64,000 nt of DNA from a virus (taxonomy: Duplodnaviria; Caudoviricetes). The notes beneath the pieces are model-generated. The model was given only the letters and a program-made list of their open reading frames with translations, had not been told where the DNA came from and searched no databases. The translations under genes and the position numbers were made by a program. The stretch spans positions 51,380-115,379 of IMG/VR virus record IMGVR_UViG_3300021255_000050; one strand, 5' to 3'. Positions 29,301-39,050 of this stretch are shown piece by piece. The stretch's first letter is position 1; the number at the start of each line of letters is the position of its first letter.

Positions 29301-32300
29301 TTTACAAAAGAAGTTATTTCATTGGCTATTTTCATAAATAATCTGCGGCCCAAGCGCATAATTAATCCGTCAACAGCACGACTTACATTCATAAGAGATG
29401 TTCCGACAAAACCACCAGCACTACCAAAATTCTTCATTGCCTTTTGTGCAAATTCTAAATTGTTTTGCAATTCTTTGATTTTGCTATTTGACGCATCCAA
29501 CTGTTTGTCTATATTATTCATTGATTCTGTGTATATAGAGTCTTTAGTTTTTCCATAGTAAGAATGCTCTAAATCATCTTTTCGCAATAACAGCGCATCG
29601 CGAGTTGCTTCTTCCGTATTTAATTGCGCTTCATAATTAGACGAATTATTTTTCCAGTAATTATATTGTTGTTCGTTATATTGTAATGACCGCCCAATAA
29701 TGTCAGAACCATAATACGTATTGGACATTTTATAGCGAGCCATGTTTTGTTCTAATTGATTCTGATATTGCATAGCTTGTGTTTGTTGCCTAACAAGATC
29801 AAGCTCTTGTTTTTCTTTCTGCGATTTATCCAAAGTACTTTTTAGTGTATCTGCAATCGCGCCCTGATTCGCAGTGTTATCTGGATTGACAAATGGGAGG
29901 AATTCTGCCGGCAATGCATCGATACCATTTTGATTTATAAATGTATTGATAGCATTAGCATAACTTCTGGCTTTAAGATCATTCATTGTAGCATTTGCTA
30001 TTGGCATGCCTGTAATCGAAGAGAAAAGATTATGCATATTCTGCAATTGATTAATATCATATCGATCTAGTTCAAGTTGATCCATTCTGTCCAGTTTGTC
30101 AAGATCAGCCATCTGCAATCTATCTCTAATTTGCATCAATTTGTACATTTCAGGATTTCTTGATTTAAAGCCTGCTTCATCAGCTTCTCGTTGCCATTCT
30201 AATTCAGGGTCTATCGCTTGTTTAAGGAAGTCCATATATTTTGAATGCGTTATCCTTCTATCTTCCTGCTTTTGTATAACCGCATCCTTCCTAGTTAATA
30301 ATGAATTTGCATATGCTTCGACCGCTTTAACTTTAAGACCACTTTCATATTCATCAAAATCGAAAGCATGCAATGAGTCCATTAAACCATTTAACGTTGT
30401 TTGTTGCTTTTCTGAAAGTTTCTCTCTAGCAAAGATTCTAGTTAAATCGGCTTTTTGTTGTTCGATCTCAAGACGTTTTTTAAGAACTTCTGCTTGAACA
30501 TTATCGCTAATACTTGTTGTACCAAGAATGTCTTTCGTGGCAGTACTCTCTGCCAAAAGAGTATCATTTATATATCTCTTTCTAAGCTTATTAAGATTGT
30601 CTTCAGATTTTAAATTTTCAAATCGACTTATAATAACACTAGCATCAACAGGTTGAATAATTCCTTTTTTAGAAAGTTCGGAAACATTTCCAATATTCTG
30701 ATTAATATCTTGCTCAAATGCATCCATCATCTGTTTAATTGTCAGTTTCTTCATATTTGGGCTTACCTTGCCATTCATTTCATTTTCAGCTATATTATAT
30801 GAATCTGCAAGTGTTTCAAGCATTCGCGTTTCAAGGCGATTTTTATATGTAGCCACTTCTACTGCTGCTCTATTGTATGGATCTCGCGTTGCTTTTTGCG
30901 CTTCTATAAGTTCTTTCTGTTGCTGTTTGAGTCTTTCTCTTTGAATATTTGAATTTGCATTAAAGGTATCAATTTCTGTTTGTTCTTTCTCTTGTTCTTC
31001 TTTTGTTTTGGCTCTATGCTGATTGTTTCTATCCTTTTGTTTGTCATCCAAAGTCTTCCACTCATCTTGAATGGCTTTTATTTTTAGTCCAATTTCAGCA
31101 TAGTTTTTGTCGGCTTGGTCTACAGATTTACTCAATGAGTCCCATTCTTCGATAACATTATCAATTTCTTTTGATGCAACAAAACCTTTATTAACACGTT
31201 CAAGCGAATCGGCAAGTTCGTTATAAGATTTAATTGCAGCAGTTGGTAATGTTTGGTTGTATTTATCTTTTGCTTTTTCTATTGCGTTTCCAAGATTTTT
31301 TGATTCTGCATATTGTTTATTTGCCTCAAGAACTTCTTGCTGTCTCTCTGCGGCAAGAATTGTTTGATGGTACGCTTCCCAAATATTACCATATGGTTTA
31401 TCATCGGATAAAAACATTTTATCTAAAGTTCCGGTCATTTTAGTAACGTCTTTCATCGTTTCTTTATAATCTTCATGAGCTGTAAGAGTTGCGCCTATAC
31501 CTGTAGCATTAATACTACCAGCAGTAAGAGCATCATGAATTTCATTATCCCATTTATAATTTCTTAGCGCCAAAGACTTATCTTTTCCAATTAATATATC
31601 ATGAACCATATTCTGAGCTGAATAAATAAAATCCCCTCTAAGCCCAGTATTTGCGAGTTCTTGCATAGTTTGTACAGCAAGTTTGATGTTGTCCATATTT
31701 AATTTTAGCGCTTTTGGATCAACTGAAAAATCATGTGTATATGACCCAGTTCCTGAAATAACATCTGGGAAAATAGCTTTAAGCGCTTCAAAATTATTAT
31801 TTGTTGTATCAAGAGTTGATCCGTCACCCATGACAGCCGCAGGACTACCTCCATTTTGGAATTGATCTGCCATAGCATAAGCCATAAGTTGTACTTCAAC
31901 CTTCTTTAATTGTTCATTTGTCAATGTGTCCCATCCACCATATGTTTTTATATCAGCAATTGTAAGCTTATGATTTTGTATGTTTCTAAACAAAGCGTCT
32001 TCTCGCCCTGTAAAATGAATATCTTCCCCGCCGAGTATCTTTTTGCCAACATTAGACATAGTAAGTATATGTTCATGTCCAAGATAATCATAGATATCTG
32101 TTGGGAACAAGGCACGAAGCCCATTTTCAGAAGTAAGAAAATCTCTGACATTGTGATACTTTCTGTTTGTTCTATTAACGTATGCCTGGCCAGTATATTC
32201 CTTAATAATATTTTCGTATTCGCTTGAAAGACTATCTTCTTCTAACTGTTTTCTTATATATTCGTTAAAGCCTGCATATCCTGAAGTAAGTATCTGGCCA

Positions 32301-35300
32301 GATTCATTTTTACCATGAACTAATTCATTGATAAGATCAGTCGTTTGAGCATCTGTCAATGTTCTGCCTTTGCCTTCTTTTACATTTTTGTCAACTAATT
32401 CTTGTCTACGTGTCCAATATTCCTGTATGATATCCTCTGTAGCGTGTCCAAATGCAGTATCTCTACTTGTCCCTGTATCAGAGTGTTCAGGCTTACCTAG
32501 ATTCTGCTTTATCCATCTAGATCCACCAAACGTTTCATCGGCAAAACCAAGTATATTTGTTATAGACCAAAGCGTATTATCTAATTGTTCTTGAATTGTT
32601 TCTTTTGGCATTCTTGCTAGAGTCCTGAGTTTATCGTCATCGTTTTTCTCAGATCGCCATTCTGAAAAATTATCTTTGTTGTAAACTTTTAAACTTTTCA
32701 AATCAAGATTGCTATATGGGTTAATACCAAATCTTTCTAATGCAACAAGACGAGCGCCCCAATCCTTAGATTTCCCTGAAACATTGCCTTCATACAGACC
32801 TATATTCGGATCAATAATATTTGCAAGCGTTGCACCGCCAAATGCTTCAATAATCTTATCAACATCGCTTGCTGTTCTTCCGATATTCCCCTCTGCCTTT
32901 CGTGCTGCTTCTTTCATTTCAAGAAGCGAGAAAATATCATCAGAAGATCCTATAAGAAAATCGCTTTTAAGTAACCCAGAAAGATATGTTTGCATTCCTT
33001 TAATATATTTTCTAGTTTCTTTCGTGAGTTTAGGTTTATCACCAAGTACGCCGGAACTTTCAAGGGAGTCCATAATACCAATAAAAGAATTTTCAAAAGC
33101 TTTATCCCAATCAATTTCTTTGTCGATATTCTGACCATGGCTTCTTGCTATCATTCTTGAAGTTAGGCTAGAATAAATATTACCAGTCATTGTCCTTGTA
33201 GGAGCATTGATCTTAAATAAATTAGTATCTCTAAATTTGTTATAGTCATAGTGTCCTCTATCATCTTTGCTTTTCATTAATGTGTTATAAAATTCAGACC
33301 ATGATTTATATTTATTCATGATCTCTTGTCCTTCTTTTGTCGAGTTAAAGAAAAAACCATACTTTGCAGCAACTGAATTTGCATCATATTGGGAAGATGC
33401 CATGTTAATTGCTTTAGCGGTTTCTCTATTTATTGGTATTTGTAAAGCATTTCTTGTTATTGCATTGGGAGCACCAAGACGAAAACTTTGTTGTGCATAT
33501 GCAGATATCCATTTACCTATATGAGCAGGATCTTTTGTATTAAATTCTGTTAAATCACCCATAATGTTCTGCTTAAGAGCGGCTTCTCTTTGACTTTTTT
33601 CTTCTTCAGTCATTTGTCCTTTTCTCATAAGGTCGTTATGAGTTTTGATTGTTTTCGAAAATATTGTTTGAATAATCTTTGACATTGGAGCATTTGAAGA
33701 TATAAGATCAAAAATTTCATTAACGTCGCCATCAAAGTCTTCACTTTGCAATAAATCTAACAAAGGAGATGACTGTGAAAAATATATAGCGTTTGGATCA
33801 AGCCCCAATAATTTTGTAAGATCCTTAAAGCTTTTAGACTTTCCAGCTCTTATAAGTGCTTGTTGGTTAGCTACATTATTAACTTGCTGTAATGAACCAA
33901 TGGATGCAGGAAATCTACTAATGCCAAGCATGTCTGACAAGCTTTTTGAATATACCGCGGCATTATCAGCTATACGTACATCAGATATTTCTGAACCATT
34001 TTTAGGGTCAATTAAAGAATTAACAATTCTACCAGCCGCATTTACGACGGCACCTTTTACTTGCCGTTCAACACCATTTTTATCCTTTATATTAGCCACG
34101 GCATTTGGATCCCACTTATATCCAAGTCCGAGCATGCTTGTTGGAATTTCACTACCTTCTATTCTTCTACGATACATGCCGCCCTTTGTAGGTTCAATGT
34201 CTTGATATAATGCATTAATAGCATCGGAGAAAACATTTGCAACCCATGGTGCTGCTAACCCTCTATGCGTACCAAGTTCTTCCGGGACAACAAGATCCCC
34301 TCTGCCAACTCTTTCTAACATGTTTCGACGGAAAGCTTCAACTCTATTTTTATATTGCTTTTGGTTTAAGAGAGTTGGATTATCAATTAGCATCTTTTGC
34401 AAATTTGAATCGTCCGCGAACACATGCTTAATTTGACCAAGCGGTGTATTGAGGTCGGTGTATAAGTTCCAAAATGCATCAGAAAATACTTGAGCTTGCG
34501 TTGCGTCAATTGACATTAACTGAGCCAGCTGTGATGGTATCCATGATAACGTTTTACTGCCGGCTTGGGCAGCTGTTTTATTTACATATATACCACTTGT
34601 TCTTATACGATTCGCGAATTCTTTTGACAATTCATCAGATGATTTTGTAACTTTATACGTCTTCCCATCCGGGCCTGTTACATCTTTCTGAAAAGCAATT
34701 CCGAAACCCTTCAAATCAGCCTTGTTGAGAACAACATCTGTGTCTGCTTCAATAAACTGTATAGATCCATCAGGTGCACGAACTGGGATTTTCCCACCGA
34801 AAAGATCAACCATCTGCTTCATATTGACAGAATTAAGAGCAGATTTAACACCAAGAATACGTCCCTGAAAAGCCGTGCCTCCAGTTAACTTTGACGAAAG
34901 AAAACTTGCGCCATTTAAACCTGGGCCTACTCCTCCTTGCCCTTTCGTATCCTCTTCAATATCCATTACAACAACTTTCAAGTTCGAAAGGTTAGTTCCA
35001 AAAAGGTCTCTAATATCAACACCTTCGGTAGCTATTTTATTCATATATTCAAAGTATCCAGCAAAATCTTTTACATTTGTAAATTTGCCGCCTTGCATAC
35101 CTCCGGTGAAGAAATCTTTGCCATATTTACTTTCTATTCTATTCTTTAACTCCAAAGGAATCATTTCAATTCCTGTAGACTTTGGATTAATTCTTGTTGC
35201 GGCATATTTAACACCATTAATTGTTCGCCCATGTAAAAAGAGATTGCCATATTTCTTTTCCAAATCTTTTCTTATATCATCAGGTGTATTCGGATCAGCG

Positions 35301-36820
35301 AGCCTCGGGTCAATTGAGACATACACAACGTTATTTAATGCTGAATTATGTGGAAGAACTTGGTGGCCACCTGTTTCTTCTCGCATAATAGCATCAAGTT
35401 CAAGGCTTTGATTAACAGGTATTTTGTGTTCTCTATTAGCACCAACTGAATTATCTTGAAAATTTTCTCCGCGTAACAATTCATCAATTGTATATGTTGT
35501 TGCTTGGTATGTATTCGGTTGAACCGCAAAGTTAACATGTCCTATATTTTTATTAAGCTTTGGTGTTTTGGTAGCCTTCCCATTTTTGGGTTTAGGCATA
35601 CTGGCAAGATAAGAGCTTGTTGCAATATCACGAAGATCAGTCAGTTGTGTGTCAGTAAATCTTCCAGGTGACAACCAACTAAATTGTTTTGTTAAAAATC
35701 TTTCAGCATCAAGCCCGCCATATAACATTTTGTTTGTTTTGTTGAGAATCCTATCAAACATGTTTGGGTCTGCGACATCGGATATACCATACATTGGTAA
35801 ACCTTTTGCACCATTAATAGTCATATCATGGATAAGAGCTGCAGCGGCATTGACCTGCTGCCTCGTAATAGCTTTGTCAAGATAAAAATAACCATTTTCT
35901 CTACGAAGAACTTGCGCTTGTTCGAACGCCTTTGCTGCATATTGGTTTTCTCGTACCAATGAAGCTACACGCTTAAGTTCATTTTTCGAAAGACGATCAT
36001 TATTATTTTTAGAAGTGCGTGTCATATAATCAGACTGTTGAATCTCGGCGAAACCAACATTCGATGCACCTGCTTTAAACTGCCCTGGTAACATATCGGC
36101 AAAGCTATTCATAGGCCCCATGCGTTGGTTTTGTCCTCTTAAATGATTCATAAATGATCCACGTTGAGTTTTGTCTACTTCTGTTATGATATTTAACCCA
36201 ATGAGATCTGACATGAAATTATCAAATGTTTTATTGTTTGCAAGATTTTTAGAAGCCTTCCTTGTAAAATATGTCATGTCTGTTTTTATCTGGCTTGCTA
36301 TGTCTTGATAATCTTTTCTATGCATAACCGCACCGCGAATAACATCATCGGTTACAATGCCACTATGCGTTGAAGTGTTATGAGAAAAATCATTTGCAAC
36401 TTTTAAAATTATATCTCTTAGTTTTGGCAATTGTTGATTAACAACACTTATATCATGGTTAGTTAATCCAAGGCTTGATAGACTCCTTGCGAGTTGTGAT
36501 GCAACTGTTAAATCTTTTGATAACCCGGCAATCGTATGCAAACCTACTTCGTAACGACCAGCATTAAGAGTGTTAGAATAATCATTCGACGAAGATGAAG
36601 TGTACTCCTTTTTAGCTTCATCCATTATACTAGTAGTTTCTTCTAGATCGTGCCTAATCTGTTGTGTAAAATTTCCGAAAACAGGCGCCATTGAAGCAGC
36701 GGCTGATTCTATACCACGAATTCTTGACTCAAGACGTTCGCTTGCATCCGCAGCATTGACAAGATCTTTATAGCCGCCCATATCCATTTTTATTTGTGCT
36801 GTAAATATAGCATCGGCCAT
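20356..36820 (-). CDS. giant tape measure polyprotein, spliced: exon 1 36820-22823, exon 2 21789-20356 (~5,143 aa)
   Basis: TP901-type TMP core at ~29310-28400; C-terminal GGLVDYTGPAWVDG..KPEAFL; the splice joins ...QDEWD|LIKKGVEK in frame; position between TAC and Dit. Confidence 0.88.
21790..22822 (-). mobile_element. group I intron (1033 nt) in the TMP gene
   Basis: 5' splice after U with P1 GGGAU/GUCCC; P AATTGCTGGAA, Q AATCAGCAG, R GTTCAACGACTA, S AAGATATAGTCT; terminal G at 21790. Confidence 0.92.
21840..22535 (-). CDS. intron-encoded GIY-YIG homing endonuclease with NUMOD-type C-terminus
   Basis: SGIYMI..NNKCYIGQS..R, GYN, HHSEETK, KPVLC.ETG..Y.S, TAGGFHW. Confidence 0.93.
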   Translation of the reverse strand: MPPKAGGCIQSGIYMIRNMVNNKCYIGQSKNVDRRLKEHMSKLKRGSHPNTHLQYAYNKYGPEAFDAFLLEPCSIDSLNSEEQRFIAAYHSNNPEYGYNMTAGGEGGREVSPEVTARRIESLHRYIEEHPEYIELRRQILAEPEVHQKIVNAMHTEEYRKKMSAVKTGFHHSEETKQKLAEINSKPVLCVETGVIYPSAKAATQSLPGKEMVRRAACGLRKTAGGFHWQYI

Positions 36821-36892
36821 TATATAATCATCCTTTCAATTGCTATGTGACAACATCGGCTTTATATTATTACCCTCTTTAACGGCGCCCCG

Positions 36893-36920
36893 TTGACACA
36901 AGATATGCATATGATAAAAT
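36893..36920 (+). promoter_or_regulatory. sigma-A-type promoter
   Basis: TTGACA-16 nt-TAAAAT with extended TG. Confidence 0.6.
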
Positions 36921-36991
36921 ACATATGCCTAAAAGAAAGGAGCGCTATAGGTTTACGTAATCTAACCGATCTAAGAAAAAGTGAGGACAAA

Positions 36992-37249
36992 ATGAAAAAT
37001 ACAGGTGTTATTATTAAAAGTATTAGTGTTATACTCCTTATCATAGTTATTAGTACAGTAATAATTGCTATGGTTGTAAACGCATATATGGGTATGGAAA
37101 TCGACATTATAACTAATATGATATATCTAACCTCAACAATAATTCTTTCATCTATTCTATTTGGGATAGGCGACATCGTTAAAACAAATCAAGAAATAAG
37201 AGACCAGATTATCGATATCAAGTTAATGCAAATGCAGAACGAAGATTAA
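36992..37249 (+). CDS. small two-TM membrane protein (moron-like, opposite strand)
   Basis: AT-rich, two hydrophobic helices, own promoter, GAGG SD. Confidence 0.6.
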   Translation: MKNTGVIIKSISVILLIIVISTVIIAMVVNAYMGMEIDIITNMIYLTSTIILSSILFGIGDIVKTNQEIRDQIIDIKLMQMQNED

Positions 37250-37250
37250 T

Positions 37251-37616
37251 TTATTTTCTTGCAAAGCTCCATCCGTCAAGGCCAGCCTTCCTCTTCTGGT
37301 CCTCCGGCCTCGCCCTCATGTACTCCATCATATCCTCCATCAACTTAATCTCGCCCTCGTTCAGCGCCGCTGCGCCCTCCTCCGTCATCAGCTTATACAG
37401 CCAGTTCACGACCGGATGCACGAGGTCCGCTTCCGCGTTGCGCTTCGCCACGGTCAGCTCGAGCATCTCCTTGATCTCGGCCATCGCCGCCGGATCGTCC
37501 GCGAACTCGTGCAGCGCAGGGTCGATGCGCCAAAGCGGTTCGAGGTAGAAAACGCCAGAATCACCGCAGCCGATGCAGGTGGGGATCGCAGAGTTAAACG
37601 CTTCAATCTTGGTCAT
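37251..37616 (-). CDS. hypothetical protein
   Basis: AAGGAG SD before ATG 37616; GC3-rich coding pattern. Confidence 0.65.
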   Translation of the reverse strand: MTKIEAFNSAIPTCIGCGDSGVFYLEPLWRIDPALHEFADDPAAMAEIKEMLELTVAKRNAEADLVHPVVNWLYKLMTEEGAAALNEGEIKLMEDMMEYMRARPEDQKRKAGLDGWSFARK

Positions 37617-37739
37617 AATAACACGCTCCTTTATGCGGTAGTGCTGCGACAGCAGTGATGACAATAGCGTAGCCAGAAACTGTCGTCATCGCTGCCGTCG
37701 CAAATAAGGCCGGCAGTGCGTACCACCGGCCTTTTGCTG

Positions 37740-37976
37740 TTAGTGAAAATCGCGCTCGCCGTTTTCGCTGCGGCCAGTTACGCGCTGGTAAAGCTCGCCA
37801 TGCTTCTTGTCAGGATCGGAATCGCTGACGATAGGGAAAGGGTTCGCCTGTTCGAGAGTCATCAGCTGCACAGCGCAAGCGCCAATGCGGCCAAGCTCCC
37901 CGCTGCGGTCAATGCCGAGCTTATAGTTACGGTAATGTATCTGCATTTCGTTATACAGATCAAATGCTGTCTTCAT
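37740..37976 (-). CDS. hypothetical protein
   Basis: GAGGTG SD before ATG 37976; followed by a hairpin terminator near 37703-37734. Confidence 0.55.
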   Translation of the reverse strand: MKTAFDLYNEMQIHYRNYKLGIDRSGELGRIGACAVQLMTLEQANPFPIVSDSDPDKKHGELYQRVTGRSENGERDFH

Positions 37977-37989
37977 AGTCAACACCTCG

Positions 37990-38331
37990 TTAATCATTTG
38001 CCCATTCCATCCCCTGCATATCCTTTTCTGCTGTAATAGGAACGTTAGCGAAAAGCGCAAGGAGACCGCTGGCAACATTTGCGGAATCACCACGGAGGGG
38101 GTTCGCCTGCTCGATAATCTTGCCGGACTCTTTTGCAAAAGCATTGCCGGCATAATTAACAGCGGCTTCGTAATTCAAGCGCTTGCCTAGCGCTTTAAGG
38201 ACTGCTTTGAAGAACGGGATACTCATGTTATTGATCTTATCCTCGTTAACTTCACCTAAATGAACAGCGACAGCAGCAACAGCTTCATCAAGAGTTAGCC
38301 CATCGTCGCCGCTGTCGCCATCCGGTTTTTT
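37990..38331 (-). CDS. tail assembly chaperone -1 frameshift extension (gpGT-like)
   Basis: A AAA AAC at 38331-38325; the -1 frame is open (PDGDSGDDGLTLDEAVAAVAVHLG..MSIPFF) to 37990. Confidence 0.8.
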   Translation of the reverse strand, partial: KKPDGDSGDDGLTLDEAVAAVAVHLGEVNEDKINNMSIPFFKAVLKALGKRLNYEAAVNYAGNAFAKESGKIIEQANPLRGDSANVASGLLALFANVPITAEKDMQGMEWAND

Positions 38332-38807
38332 ACTTGTTCCTCCATCTCGTCAATCTTGTTCAAGCGGCAGAAGATGTCGAGCAAGTTGTAAATATCTGCA
38401 GAGGTCATGTTGTCGAAGTGCTTCTTCGTAAAGGCTGCATCATCAACAACACAGGTTACCCAGTCCATGAGGCACTTTGTAGGCGTACGCTTTTCGTCAA
38501 AGTAATCATCAGGAAGCTGGAAGATGTAGGGAAGCGGCATGCTTTTCAGCACCCTGTAAAAACCAGCAACACCATTACGCTGGTAGAACATGCGCGTTGC
38601 TTTTATCTCTATAGTAACGCCGTCACATGTGAACATATTTTGCATGTTCTCAGCCGGCGGGATTGGCTTGCTGGATATTTCTTCTGAAGGCTGCGGTTCC
38701 GAAATCACTTCTTCTTTCGGGAGATCGCTGGCTTCAATATCTTCATCAGGCAGTGTACCGGGGTTCGGCACCTTTTCTGTGGGAAGCTTCTTCGGCATAA
38801 TCATCAT
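38295..38807 (-). CDS. tail assembly chaperone (gpG-like)
   Basis: Between MTP and TMP; ends ..VKN on a slippery site. Confidence 0.78.
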   Translation of the reverse strand: MMIMPKKLPTEKVPNPGTLPDEDIEASDLPKEEVISEPQPSEEISSKPIPPAENMQNMFTCDGVTIEIKATRMFYQRNGVAGFYRVLKSMPLPYIFQLPDDYFDEKRTPTKCLMDWVTCVVDDAAFTKKHFDNMTSADIYNLLDIFCRLNKIDEMEEQVKNRMATAATMG

Positions 38808-38818
38808 CTCTTCTTTTT

Positions 38819-38850
38819 AAAAAAGGGCTGCCAGTGTTAGTAGCAGCCCT
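38819..38850 (-). terminator. rho-independent terminator after MTP exon 3b
   Basis: AGGGCTGC...GCAGCCCT followed by a T run. Confidence 0.75.
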
Positions 38851-38855
38851 ATAAG

Positions 38856-39010
38856 TTAGCTTGAATATTTGTCCGTATCGTAGTTGGACTCGTCGTACTT
38901 GGATTGCTGTCCGTACCCCTTGCTTACAATGCCAACCTGCCAAGCGATGTTGTCATCGCCGCCGGGGTCCATTGTAGACAGGGTGAGCGGAAATGTAGCT
39001 GCTGATTTGT
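38856..39010 (-). CDS. major tail protein alternative terminal exon 3b
   Basis: (Y)KSAATFPLTLSTMDPGGDDNIAWQVGIVSKGYGQQSKYDESNYDTDKYSS*; paralog of exon 3a, same phase, preceded by an intron-like 3' end. Confidence 0.75.
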
Positions 39011-39050
39011 CATTTACATTCAGCATAGATCGCTACACTATGCTCGCGCT
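39011..39050 (-). ncRNA. duplicate group I intron 3' module (P9.2-like hairpin plus terminal G)
   Basis: AGCGCG-AGCATAG-TGTAGCGAT-CTATGCT-GAATGTAAATG has the same layout as the 3' ends of both MTP introns. Confidence 0.75.
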
